Source of the DNA: Alphaproteobacteria bacterium
Lineage (GTDB): Bacteria > Pseudomonadota > Alphaproteobacteria > Bin95
Length of the DNA: 64,000 bases
Assembly: GCA_963665325.3 (NCBI GenBank)
Contig: CAXXWS020000003.1
Coordinates: 480,001-544,000 of the forward strand
Reading direction: 5' to 3'
Part shown: positions 10,332-20,139 of the stretch, in pieces
Layout of the letters: each line of letters begins with the position of its first letter
Numbering within the stretch: the first letter of the stretch is position 1
Program-made: the position numbers and the translations under genes
The notes under the pieces: generated by a model
What the model was told of the DNA's origin: nothing
The model's database searches: none
What the model saw: only the letters and a program-made list of their open reading frames with translations

Positions 10332-10934
10332 ATGCATGGAGCGGCTGAGGACGAAATCGGCGGGAATCCGGTGCTCGCCGTCCGGCGCTGGATCGAGGAA
10401 GCCGAGGCCTGCGAGCCGGTGGACGCCAACGCCGCGGCGCTTGCCACTGTGGGCGCGGACGGCATGCCGTCCTGCCGCATCGTGCTGGTGAAGGCGGTCG
10501 AGCCGGAAGGGCTCGTCTTCTACACCAACTATGAGAGCCGGAAGGGCCGCGAACTCGCGGCCCGGCCGCTCGCGGCGCTGACCTTCCACTGGCGCGTGCT
10601 GGACCGGCAATTGCGGGTCGAAGGGCAGGTCTCCCGGGTGGAAGACGCCGTCTCCGACGCCTATTTCGCGAGCCGGGAGCGCGGCAGCCGGATCGGCGCC
10701 TGGGCGTCGCGCCAATCGGAGCCGGTGGCCGACCGCGCGGCGCTCGAGGCCCGCATTGCCGAAATCGAGGCGCGGTTCGGCGAGGCCGACATTCCGAGGC
10801 CGGTATTCTGGGGCGGCTTCCGGCTCCGGCCGTCCCGCATCGAGTTCTGGCGGCGGGGAGAGCACCGCCTGCATGACCGAATCGTCTGCCGCGCCGAAGG
10901 GGGGGCGTGGACGAGAGAGAGGCTCCAGCCGTGA
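10332..10934 (+). CDS. pdxH: Pyridoxamine 5'-phosphate oxidase
   Basis: RIVLVK, FYTNYESRKG, WASRQS, WGGFRL, EFW..HRLHDR, RLQP. Confidence 0.95.
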   Translation: MHGAAEDEIGGNPVLAVRRWIEEAEACEPVDANAAALATVGADGMPSCRIVLVKAVEPEGLVFYTNYESRKGRELAARPLAALTFHWRVLDRQLRVEGQVSRVEDAVSDAYFASRERGSRIGAWASRQSEPVADRAALEARIAEIEARFGEADIPRPVFWGGFRLRPSRIEFWRRGEHRLHDRIVCRAEGGAWTRERLQP

Positions 10935-11064
10935 TTACCCAACGCGCGCTGGACCGTTGCCGCCGTTGCTCTCCCGCCCGACAGGCGGGGTCCCAATATT
11001 GATCTCATAGACTTTTTGTTCATTATCTGGACAGGACTAGGCGTTTGTGTTCTATTCATGCGCC

Positions 11065-11391
11065 ATGACCGCCGTTGATCCACCAGAAAGCCCCCCGTCA
11101 TCCGCGGCGGAACTCCTGCCCCAGCCGCTGCTTTCCAAACTCGGTCCGCTAAAGCACCAACTGCTCGTGTACGCCCTGATCGCCGGCATTATCCTGCTGA
11201 TCTTTGGGCGATATTCCCCCACCCCGTTTCGCTACGTCCTGGGCGCCAGCGGTATCGCAATGCTCTTCTGCGGTCCCGGTTTCTGGCTCTTCGCCTACCT
11301 GAAACTGCCCAACAGCGCCCAGGAACGGGCCTTCTTGAACACCACCGCCACCATGGTCACCCACGACAGGCTGGAGCGCGAGCAACCATGA
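11065..11391 (+). CDS. Small 2-TM membrane protein, apparently translationally coupled to the next gene
   Basis: Two hydrophobic segments; stop overlaps the ATG of 11388 (ATGA); start uncertain. Confidence 0.5.
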   Translation: MTAVDPPESPPSSAAELLPQPLLSKLGPLKHQLLVYALIAGIILLIFGRYSPTPFRYVLGASGIAMLFCGPGFWLFAYLKLPNSAQERAFLNTTATMVTHDRLEREQP

Positions 11392-13181
11392 CCCCTTCGC
11401 CTTCCACCGCTCCTACCGTACTTGCTTTCTTGAGCGGCAAAGGCGGTGTTGGCAAGACCATGCTGGCCGCCGCCACAGCCTACGAGCTTTCCCGCTTGCA
11501 GCCTACCTTGATTCTTGACCTCGACTTCTTCAACCGTGGCCTCTCCGGTTTACTCCTCGAAAACGATTCTGGCGCCATTGTCTCCCAACCGCCATTCATT
11601 CCCGGGGCGTCCAATTCCGATTGGACCGTCTCCGAAGTGTCCAACAACCTCTACACAATCTCCTTCCCCGATATACCCGATGCCGTCTTTTCCTGCCTCA
11701 ACTCCGTGCCAGTTCAACAACTTGCTGTGAGCCTTAGGGACTGGATAATCCACTTGACTCACGCTACCGGTTGTCGTGCTATCGTCCTGGATTGCCACGG
11801 CGGCCCGGATTCGCTTTCTTTCGCCGCCGCCACGATTGCAACGAAGTCCCTCCTAGTTTCTGAGCCCGACCGGATAACAATGTATGGGACGCTTCATTTT
11901 CTGAGGAAAATTTCCGAGTTGTCGTTGGATGTTTCCAATGTTCATCTGGTCTTCAACAAGATTATTGATTCGTTTACTTCCAGATTCTTGCTAAACATCT
12001 ATAATCAATATTTGCGGGATAAATTCGGCAATAAGCCCTTGCTTGCTATGTTCCCTTTGGAAAACTACCTTACAAAGCACTTTGAACATCGTCCATTTGT
12101 GACAGAAGATTTTCCAGAGTCAATGCTGACACGAAAGACACAAGTGATGCTGGGTGACCTGCTGATCGAGGAGGCGCCTCAACTGGTTTCCGAACGGCAA
12201 CGGCACATGCCTCGTCCGATCGCATTCTTTTGGCGACGATACTTGGGAAGAACACCCAGAATATTTCAGGTGGACTTCGCGATGGCCTTGGGATTCATCG
12301 CACTCTTGGTATTGATTGGCGCGGGAATAGCGGAAAAATTCATTCCTCTCAGGGTCGATGTGGATTCGGTTTCCTTGCCTTTGATCGTGGGGGTACCGAT
12401 CTGGGCTCTGTTCGCCGGACTTCTGTCTTGGACCAAGCAATTTGACCAGAGAATGACGCTGTATTCCAGAAGAGGAAATAAATTTCTGTTCTTGTGTTGT
12501 TCAAGTGCGGTTTTTCTGATGTGGGCGATACCCATAGAGTTGGCGGCCTATGTGCTCGCTAGCATGGGCCTTGTTGAAGAAGTCCTCCGACCACTGAAGT
12601 ATCTTTGGTATACAATATACGCGGTCGTGCTGTTTGTTTGGGGCGCTCAAGTAGTAAGAGCTGCGCAGGACATAAGATACAGTCGCCGGCAGGCCGAACC
12701 GATGGTGAGAGCAGTGTTGGCGGTGATTATTCTTGCGGGTGCGACAAATGTTGCGACAGACAGGGGGTTCGTCACGAATATTCTACTGACGGACCCGTCC
12801 TATAGCAACTATCTGGATTATTGGTTTGAGGAGTTGACGGAGGAACAGGTCGAGGAAGGCGCCATGGATGCGATGGAGTTGAATGTCGGGGACCGGCCGG
12901 TCTTCGGGGAGGTCGATGGTTCGGTCCAGTGGTATCAAGTGAGGATCGTGCGCGACGGTGAGTATACGATCAACGTCAAGGCGGATTCCGGAGACCCGGC
13001 AGTTGGCCTGTTCGGACCGGACGGGTTTGGCTATATCGCCGAGAACGACGATGGTGGCCAGCATTTCGATGCGCGATTGGAACGGCCGTTGATGGCGGGG
13101 AGATATTATCTCGGGGTCCGGGGGTTTCTCGGGGGCTCGGCGCAGTACTGGATCGGCGTGGCGGAAGGAGGCACGCGATGA
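11388..13181 (+). CDS. MinD/ParA-like ATPase fused to a multi-TM region and a C-terminal PPC-like beta-sandwich
   Basis: SGKGGVGKT, LDLD, LDCHGG; about 5 hydrophobic helices; C-terminal WYQVRI..GEYTI..DPAVGLFG..ENDDGG..ARL..L.AGRYYLGV. Confidence 0.75.
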   Translation: MTPSPSTAPTVLAFLSGKGGVGKTMLAAATAYELSRLQPTLILDLDFFNRGLSGLLLENDSGAIVSQPPFIPGASNSDWTVSEVSNNLYTISFPDIPDAVFSCLNSVPVQQLAVSLRDWIIHLTHATGCRAIVLDCHGGPDSLSFAAATIATKSLLVSEPDRITMYGTLHFLRKISELSLDVSNVHLVFNKIIDSFTSRFLLNIYNQYLRDKFGNKPLLAMFPLENYLTKHFEHRPFVTEDFPESMLTRKTQVMLGDLLIEEAPQLVSERQRHMPRPIAFFWRRYLGRTPRIFQVDFAMALGFIALLVLIGAGIAEKFIPLRVDVDSVSLPLIVGVPIWALFAGLLSWTKQFDQRMTLYSRRGNKFLFLCCSSAVFLMWAIPIELAAYVLASMGLVEEVLRPLKYLWYTIYAVVLFVWGAQVVRAAQDIRYSRRQAEPMVRAVLAVIILAGATNVATDRGFVTNILLTDPSYSNYLDYWFEELTEEQVEEGAMDAMELNVGDRPVFGEVDGSVQWYQVRIVRDGEYTINVKADSGDPAVGLFGPDGFGYIAENDDGGQHFDARLERPLMAGRYYLGVRGFLGGSAQYWIGVAEGGTR

Positions 13182-13423
13182 CGGAGCCAGGGGACGCCAT
13201 CCGCGCGGCCACGCTCGCGCGGATAAGTCGGACATACCGGGCCGGAGAGGCGTCGAGGCGGGTCGCCCAATCTTCGACAGGCGGTGTTGGGCGAATTGTC
13301 CCGTTGGACCGTTTCCGCGTATTGTTGTCCGGGCGGTAGGCGCAAACGGGAATTCCGCGGAATCGGCAGCCGCATAGTACGCCGCGCCGGGAACAGGGCA
13401 TGGACAAAGGAGCGGCTCCAGCC

Positions 13424-14257
13424 ATGATCGGCCGGTGCGAGTTCGACCACTATCGCGACTTCGGTTTCATCCGTCCGCAACCCCTGCTGGCGGCCGCCGA
13501 GGCCGCCCGTTATCGCGAGGCGTGCGAAGGCTCCTGCGTCGAGGCGGGGCGCAAGCCCTCCAGGCGCCAGCAGGACGCCCGCGTAAAGCCCTACCTGCTG
13601 TTTCCCTGGGCGGCGGAGCTTGTGCGCCATCGGGCGCTGCTGGACATGGTGGAGGCAGTCATCGGCCCTGACATCCTGGTGTTCCATACCACCGTCTGGA
13701 TCAAGGAAGGCGGGAGCGAGACCTTCGTGCCCTGGCACCAGGACGGGACCTATTTCGGCCTCGAGCCGCTGGAGCAGGTCACCGCCTGGATTGCGCTCAC
13801 CGAGTCGACCAGGGAAATGGGATGCCTGCGCTTCCTGCCCGGCTCCCACCGCGAAGGACAGGTGCAGCACCGCGACCGTGAGGACGAGGAGCTCATGCTC
13901 TCGCGCGGCCAGACCGTCCAGCGCAGCGTGGACGAGGCCGACGCCGCCTATCTGGAATTCGCGCCGGGTGAAGTTTCCTTCCACCACACGATGACCATGC
14001 ACAGCTCCGGCCCGAACCGCTCGAGCCGGCGGCGCATCGGCATCGGCATCAGCTATATCCCGGCCCATGTCCGCCATGTGTCGCCCGTGCGGCTCTCCGC
14101 CTCGCTGGTGCGCGGAGAGGACCGCTGGGGCCATTTCGACCTTGAGCCGCGCCCGGAACCGGGCGGTGAGGAAGCCGCCGCCGCCGTCCATACCGACAGC
14201 CTGGACCGCTTCTGGCGCGCCTCGGAGAGCATTCCGGAGATGCGGGGCATCCACTGA
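13424..14257 (+). CDS. Phytanoyl-CoA dioxygenase family (Fe/2OG) protein
   Basis: WIKE, PWHQDGTY, GCLRFLPGSH, HSSGPNRS..RR; alternative start 13400. Confidence 0.9.
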   Translation: MIGRCEFDHYRDFGFIRPQPLLAAAEAARYREACEGSCVEAGRKPSRRQQDARVKPYLLFPWAAELVRHRALLDMVEAVIGPDILVFHTTVWIKEGGSETFVPWHQDGTYFGLEPLEQVTAWIALTESTREMGCLRFLPGSHREGQVQHRDREDEELMLSRGQTVQRSVDEADAAYLEFAPGEVSFHHTMTMHSSGPNRSSRRRIGIGISYIPAHVRHVSPVRLSASLVRGEDRWGHFDLEPRPEPGGEEAAAAVHTDSLDRFWRASESIPEMRGIH

Positions 14258-14301
14258 AGGCGGACGCCGGCCCGGCGTTTCGCGGGGCGGGAGGGCAGAA
14301 G

Positions 14302-16539
14302 ATGAACCGGGATGCACTGCGCTATCACGAAGCGGGCAGGCCGGGAAAACTGGCCATCCGCCCGACCAAGCCGCTGGCTAACCAGCGCGACCTGTCGCTG
14401 GCCTACACGCCGGGCGTCGCCGAGGCGAGCAGGGCGGTTGCCGAACGGCCGGATGATGCGGCGCGCTACACGGCGCGGTCCAACCTGGTGGCGGTGGTGA
14501 CGAACGGCTCCGCGGTGCTCGGGCTCGGCAATATCGGCGCGTTGGCCGCCAAGCCGGTCATGGAGGGCAAGGCCGTCCTGTTCAAGAAATTTGCCGACAT
14601 CGACGTGTTCGACATCGAGATCGACGAAAGCGATCCCGACGCGTTGGCCGACACGATCCGGCGGCTGGAGCCGACATTCGGCGCCATCAACCTGGAGGAC
14701 ATCAAGGCGCCGGACTGCTTCCTGGTCGAGGACCGGCTGAAGGCGGAGATGAACATTCCCGTCTTCCACGACGACCAGCACCGCACCGCCATCGTCGTGG
14801 CGGCCGCCATCGTCAACGGCATGCATCTGCTCGGCAAGAACCTGGGGCGGGTCAAGCTGGTCTCGACCGGCGGCGGGGCGGCCGGCATAGCCTGCCTGAA
14901 CATGCTGCTCGACCTGGGCGTGAAGCGGGAGAATGTATGGCTGGTGGATATCGACGGGCTGGTCTGCAAGGGGCGCGCCGCCGAACCGCACAAGGCCGCC
15001 TTCGCGCAGGACAGCGACGCCCGTACGCTGGACGAGGTCATCGACGGCGCAGAGATTTTCCTTGGCCTGTCCGGGCCCGGTGTGCTGAACGCGGAGCAGG
15101 TCCGGCGCATGGGCCCCGACCCGATGGTGATGGCGCTTGCCAATCCGGTGCCGGAGATCATGCCGGAAGAGGTCCGCGCTGTGCGCCCGGACGCAATCGT
15201 CCTCACCGGCCGGAGCGATTATCCCAATCAGGTCAACAATGTGCTCTGTTTTCCGTTCATCTTCCGCGGGGCGCTCGATGTCGGCGCGACCGGGATCGAC
15301 CGCAATATGGAGCTCGCCAGCGTCCGGGCGCTGGCGGAGCTGGCGCGCGAGGGCATCACCGACGAGGTCGCGCGCGCCTATGGCGACCGGCGGCTGCAGT
15401 TCGGCCGCGACTATCTGCTGCCGAGGCCGTTCGATCCGCGGCTCCTCGGCGCCATTGCGCCGGCGGTCGCCGGGGCCGCTATGGAGAACGGCCTCGCGTC
15501 GCGGCCGCTGGCCGACGTCGAGGCCTACCGCGCGCGGCTTTCCAGCTTCGTTTACCGCACCGGTTTCCTGATGCGGCCGATCTTCGACAGTGCGCGGGCG
15601 GCGCCGCGCAGGGTGGTCTTCGCCGAGGGCGAGGACGACCGCGTGCTGCGGGCGATCCGGAACGTGCTCGACGAGGGCGTTGCGGTTCCCGTCGCCACCG
15701 GGCGTCCCGACCGGATTGCGGCGCGCTGCGCGGAAATGGGCCTGGGCATCGCGCCCGGACGGGACTTCGAGGTGTTCGACCACGGGTGCGAGGAAACGGT
15801 CGAGGAATACGGTGCGAGGCTCCACAGCCTTCGCGCTCGTGAGGGTATAGGGCCGGACGACGCCCGCAAGCTCTTCCGCTCCAGCGACACGCTGGCTTCG
15901 GCGATGTATGTCCGCGAGGGCGGTGCGGCCAGCACGATCTGCGGCACCGACGGACACTTCCCGACCCATCTGGAACGCATCCAGCGGGTTCTCGGCACCG
16001 GCGCCGAGACGGTCTCCACCCTGGTGCCGCTCATCATGGATGCCGGCACGATCTTCATCGCCGACGGCTATGTGAACTACGAGCCGAACGCCGAGGAGGT
16101 CGCCGGGATTTGCCACATGGCAGCGGCGCAGGTGCGCGCCCTCGGCCTGACGCCGCGGGTTGCGCTGGTCAGCCACACCAATTTCGGCGCCCATTCCAGC
16201 CTGAGCTCGGACCGGATGCGCCGGGCGACGGAGATTCTCGCGGAGACCGCAGCGGATTTCGAGTTCGAGGGCGAAATGCAGCTGAACCTCGCCTTCGACA
16301 AGGCGGCGCGAGACCGCTTCCTGCCCTGCGCAAGGCTCACCGACCGGGCGAACGTCCTGGTCTTTCCCGGCATGGATGCCGCCAACGCGGCCATCGATGC
16401 GCTGACCACGCTCGGCAATGCGCAGCCGATCGGCCCCCTGCTGCTCGGCTATGGCGGGGCGGCGCATATCGTGACGCCGGCCGTCACGGTGCGCGGCCTG
16501 CTCAATGTCGCCGCCATCGCAAGCGCCGGCAGGGTCTGA
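14302..16539 (+). CDS. maeB: NADP-dependent malic enzyme with C-terminal PTA-like domain
   Basis: LSLAYTPGVA, KPVMEGKAVLFK, NLEDIKAP, GRSDYPNQVNNVLCFP, followed by a VVFAEGED PTA domain. Confidence 0.93.
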   Translation: MNRDALRYHEAGRPGKLAIRPTKPLANQRDLSLAYTPGVAEASRAVAERPDDAARYTARSNLVAVVTNGSAVLGLGNIGALAAKPVMEGKAVLFKKFADIDVFDIEIDESDPDALADTIRRLEPTFGAINLEDIKAPDCFLVEDRLKAEMNIPVFHDDQHRTAIVVAAAIVNGMHLLGKNLGRVKLVSTGGGAAGIACLNMLLDLGVKRENVWLVDIDGLVCKGRAAEPHKAAFAQDSDARTLDEVIDGAEIFLGLSGPGVLNAEQVRRMGPDPMVMALANPVPEIMPEEVRAVRPDAIVLTGRSDYPNQVNNVLCFPFIFRGALDVGATGIDRNMELASVRALAELAREGITDEVARAYGDRRLQFGRDYLLPRPFDPRLLGAIAPAVAGAAMENGLASRPLADVEAYRARLSSFVYRTGFLMRPIFDSARAAPRRVVFAEGEDDRVLRAIRNVLDEGVAVPVATGRPDRIAARCAEMGLGIAPGRDFEVFDHGCEETVEEYGARLHSLRAREGIGPDDARKLFRSSDTLASAMYVREGGAASTICGTDGHFPTHLERIQRVLGTGAETVSTLVPLIMDAGTIFIADGYVNYEPNAEEVAGICHMAAAQVRALGLTPRVALVSHTNFGAHSSLSSDRMRRATEILAETAADFEFEGEMQLNLAFDKAARDRFLPCARLTDRANVLVFPGMDAANAAIDALTTLGNAQPIGPLLLGYGGAAHIVTPAVTVRGLLNVAAIASAGRV

Positions 16540-16662
16540 GGCATTCGACGAAGCGGGTCCGCTGCCTCGAGTCCGCTGCATTGACGGCGTTTCGCGGCGG
16601 GGGGCAGAAGGGAAAGCGGCAACGCATTGGAGACGCGCAGACGAGCGACCGGGGAGGACGAA

Positions 16663-17958
16663 ATGCCTGAGGATTCGCACGGAAACAAAGGGCTTTACGC
16701 CTGGTTCGCGGAAAATCCGGACGAGGCCCACCGGCAATTTTTCAAGCCGGCACCGGGATTGAGCCGTCGCGGCTTCTTCGCTGGCGCGGGGCTGGCGGCT
16801 GCGGGCGGACTGCTCGGCATGACGATCCCGTTCTACGCCAACATGCCGCGGGGCCTTGTGCCCGCCGCCTTCGCGGATGAGGACATTCTGGTCGGCAAGG
16901 ACGGCCTGACGCTGCTGAACGACCGGCCGATCAATGCCGAGACGCCGGCGCACCTGCTCGACGATGCGATCACGCCCACCGCCCGGCATTTCATCCGCAA
17001 TAACGGCCTGCCGCCGGAAGATGTCGATGCCGACGGCTGGACGCTCACCGTGGACGGGCTGGTGGAAAACCCGACGACCTTCACCATCGCGGACCTGAAG
17101 GCGCAATTCGAGGTGGTGACCATGGCGCTCACCATCGAATGCGGCGGCAACGGCCGGGCGTTCTTCGACCCGCCGGCCAGGGGCAACCAGTGGACGGTGG
17201 GCGCCGTCGGCTGCTCCGAGTGGACCGGCGTCAGGCTCGCCGACGTCCTGAAGAAGGTCGGGCCGAAGGCGGACGCGGTCTATACCGCCCACTACGGCGC
17301 GGACACCCATCTCTCCGGCAAGGAGGGCAAACTTGCGCTCTCGCGCGGCGTGCCGATCGCCAAGGCCATGACCGACAATGTGCTGATCGCCTTCGCGATG
17401 AACGGCAGACCGCTGCACAGGCAGAACGGTGCGCCACTGCGTCTCGTCGTGCCGGGCTGGACGGGCTCCTGCTCGCAGAAATGGCTGACGCGCATCCGGC
17501 TTCGCGACCGGGTGCATGACGGGCCGAAGATGACGGGCAAGTCCTACCGGGTGCCGCGCTACCCGGTCGCGCCCGGCGACGAGGTGCCGAAGGAGAATTT
17601 CGAGATCGTCGAGCGGATGCCGGTGAAATCCCTCGTGACCTTCCCGGAAAACGCCAGTGCGGCCGGGCGCGAAGTCGAGGTGCGCGGCCACGCATGGTCC
17701 GGCGACCGGGTCGTCGCTGCCGTCGATCTCTCGATCGATTTCGGCGCGACCTGGCTGGCTGCTGCGCTCGACGAGCCGGTAAATCCCGGCGCGTGGCAGA
17801 ACTGGCGCCACACGGTGTCCTTCCCCGAGGCCGGCTATTACGAGGTCTGGGCGCGCGCGACCGACAGCAGGGGCGAGATGCAGCCTTTCGCCATAAGCTG
17901 GAACCCGAAAGGCTATCTCAACAACAGCATGCACCGGGTGGCGCTGCGCGTCGCGTAG
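16663..17958 (+). CDS. Tat-exported sulfite oxidase-family molybdoenzyme (SorT/SoxC-like)
   Basis: SRRGFF Tat motif, NAETP, FIRNNG, IECGGNGR, WTGVRL, NGAPLRLVVPGW, WNPKGYLNN. Confidence 0.9.
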   Translation: MPEDSHGNKGLYAWFAENPDEAHRQFFKPAPGLSRRGFFAGAGLAAAGGLLGMTIPFYANMPRGLVPAAFADEDILVGKDGLTLLNDRPINAETPAHLLDDAITPTARHFIRNNGLPPEDVDADGWTLTVDGLVENPTTFTIADLKAQFEVVTMALTIECGGNGRAFFDPPARGNQWTVGAVGCSEWTGVRLADVLKKVGPKADAVYTAHYGADTHLSGKEGKLALSRGVPIAKAMTDNVLIAFAMNGRPLHRQNGAPLRLVVPGWTGSCSQKWLTRIRLRDRVHDGPKMTGKSYRVPRYPVAPGDEVPKENFEIVERMPVKSLVTFPENASAAGREVEVRGHAWSGDRVVAAVDLSIDFGATWLAAALDEPVNPGAWQNWRHTVSFPEAGYYEVWARATDSRGEMQPFAISWNPKGYLNNSMHRVALRVA

Positions 17959-18110
17959 GGCAGGGCTCCCATGCGAACCGCTTTCCGCGTTGCCGCGCTG
18001 GGCGCCGAGGCCGTCGAACGCATAGACCCGGTGGTGCGCATCCGGTAGGACGCTGCAGACAGGGCGTTCCGAGCCGGAGCAGCGGCGTTTCCGAACAAGA
18101 GGCATTTCCC

Positions 18111-19460
18111 ATGCACGAGGACCGCCAGGGTGCCCCCATGCGTCGCGCGCTGGCATGGGACAGGCCGGAATTCGACGACCCGGCCGCCATCGACGCCGAG
18201 CTCCGGCGGACGTTCGGCGTCTGTCACGGCTGCCGGCGCTGTTCCGACCTTTGCGACGCCTTCCCGAGATTGTTCGCCCTGGTCGACAAGGCTCCGTCAG
18301 CGGCGCTCGACACGGTCGATTCGGCGGGTTTCAAGTCAGTCGCGGATGCCTGCACGCTCTGCGACATGTGCTTCAAGACCGAATGCCCCTATGTGCCGCC
18401 GCATCCCCTGGAGGTGGACTTTCCGCACCTGATGCTGCGTTACCGGGCGGCCGAGTTCCGGCGCGGCGAGCGACGCTTCGAGGACCGCGAGATCGCGGCG
18501 ACCGACCGCAACGGCCGCCTCGCCGGCATGGCGGCGCCGCTTGCCAACTGGGCGCTGGATGCGGCCAACGAGCCGGTGCGGACACTGATCGAGGGCCTGG
18601 CGGGCGTCCATCGCGAGGCCGCCCTGCCGCGCTTCCACCATCGAAGCCTGCAGCAGCGCGCTATGGCGGGCGCGCCGGCGCTCAACGAGGCCGCCCCCGC
18701 GTTCGGGCGCAGGGCCGCGCTCTACGCCACCTGCCTCGGCAACTACAACGAACCGGAGACCGGGCTCGCCGCCCGCGCCGTCCTGGCCTGGAACGGCGTC
18801 GAGACGCACATCGTCCATCCCGGCTGCTGCGGCATGCCGCAACTGGAGCTGGGCGATATCGAAACGGTGGCCCGGCGCGCCGGGCGGATCGCTGCGGAGC
18901 TGCTGGCGGTCTCCGACGCCGGCTACGATATCGTGGCGCTGATGCCGTCCTGCGCGCTGATGCTGAAACATGAGTGGCCGTTGCTGCTGCCCGACAATGA
19001 CGACGTGGCGCGGCTGGCGCGCTCGGTGTTCGACCTCAGCGAGTATGTCGTCGACATCGCCCGGCGGGAGGGGCTGGCGAAGGGGCTGAAACCGCTGGAC
19101 GGTCCGGTCGCGATCCATATCGCCTGCCATGCCCGCGCCCAGAGCATGGGCCGCAAGGCGGCAGACCTGCTGGCGCTCATTCCCGACACGGTCGTAGAGG
19201 TAATCGAGCGCTGCTCCGGCCACGGCGGCGCCTGGGGTTGCCTGAGGGGGAATTTCGAGACGGCGCTGCGGCTCGGGCGCCCGACAGCCAAGCGCGCGCT
19301 TGAGTCCGGCGGCCATGTCGCGTCCGAATGCCCGCTTGCCGGCCTGCATATCGCGCAGGGCATGGGGCGGCTCGCTCCCGACGGCGCGGCCCGGACGGTG
19401 GAGCACCCGATCCGGCTTCTCGCCCGCGCCTATGGTCTCGGGGAAGGCGCCGCACCTTGA
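18111..19460 (+). CDS. Fe-S oxidoreductase (GlpC/heterodisulfide-reductase-related, CCG domains)
   Basis: CHGCRRC..LC, CTLCDMC..CPYVPPH, CCGMP, HIACH, RCSGHGG, SECPLA. Confidence 0.88.
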   Translation: MHEDRQGAPMRRALAWDRPEFDDPAAIDAELRRTFGVCHGCRRCSDLCDAFPRLFALVDKAPSAALDTVDSAGFKSVADACTLCDMCFKTECPYVPPHPLEVDFPHLMLRYRAAEFRRGERRFEDREIAATDRNGRLAGMAAPLANWALDAANEPVRTLIEGLAGVHREAALPRFHHRSLQQRAMAGAPALNEAAPAFGRRAALYATCLGNYNEPETGLAARAVLAWNGVETHIVHPGCCGMPQLELGDIETVARRAGRIAAELLAVSDAGYDIVALMPSCALMLKHEWPLLLPDNDDVARLARSVFDLSEYVVDIARREGLAKGLKPLDGPVAIHIACHARAQSMGRKAADLLALIPDTVVEVIERCSGHGGAWGCLRGNFETALRLGRPTAKRALESGGHVASECPLAGLHIAQGMGRLAPDGAARTVEHPIRLLARAYGLGEGAAP

Positions 19461-20113
19461 TCGCCGATCTCTTCAGAGCCTTTGCGCAGCTTTCGGACAG
19501 CCGCTTCCGGCGGGTCGTGCTGTTTTCCTGCCTGCTGGCCGCACTCTTGCTGGCTGCGCTGGCGGCAGGCGCCGGCTGGGCGCTTGGCGGGCTCACCGGC
19601 ATTGGCTGGCTGGACATTGCGGCGGGCCTCGCCGGCGGAGTCGCCGCATTCGCGGCCGCAGCGATGCTGTTCCCGGCGGCCGCCGCTGCGCTGCAGGGGC
19701 TTTTCCTGGAAAGCGCCGTGCGCGCCGTCGAGGCCCGGCACTATCCGAATCTCGGGGCGCCCAATGCGCAGGCCTGGAGCGAGACGCTCCGCCAGACGCT
19801 CTTCTTCGTCGGCGCGGCGCTCGGTCTGAACCTCTTGCTGCTGCCGGTGTGGCTTTTCGCGCCGCCGCTGGGCCTGCTGCTCTTCTGGCTCCTGAACGGC
19901 TGGCTCTGCGGACGGGAATATTTCGAGGCCGCCGCGCTGCGCCGTCTCGATGCGGAGGCCGCGCGCGTGCTCCGCCGCCGCCACGCTTTTCGGATATGGC
20001 TCTCGGGCATCTTCGTCGCCTGGCTGATGACCGTGCCGTTCGTCAATCTGGCCGCGCCTGCGCTCGGCACGGCTTTCATGCTGCACCGCTTCGAGCGCCT
20101 GCGGACGCTGTGA
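19457..20113 (+). CDS. EI24/CysZ-like membrane protein
   Basis: VEARHYP, LNGWLCGREYFE, VPFVNL; TTG start overlaps the upstream stop. Confidence 0.8.
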   Translation: MIADLFRAFAQLSDSRFRRVVLFSCLLAALLLAALAAGAGWALGGLTGIGWLDIAAGLAGGVAAFAAAAMLFPAAAAALQGLFLESAVRAVEARHYPNLGAPNAQAWSETLRQTLFFVGAALGLNLLLLPVWLFAPPLGLLLFWLLNGWLCGREYFEAAALRRLDAEAARVLRRRHAFRIWLSGIFVAWLMTVPFVNLAAPALGTAFMLHRFERLRTL

Positions 20114-20139
20114 ACGGCCGGCCGGGCCCTCAACGTCCC

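Noticed and set aside
14053-18156. 1367-aa minus-strand ORF
   Set aside because: Antisense shadow of maeB and the sulfite oxidase, typical of high-GC DNA; no motifs.
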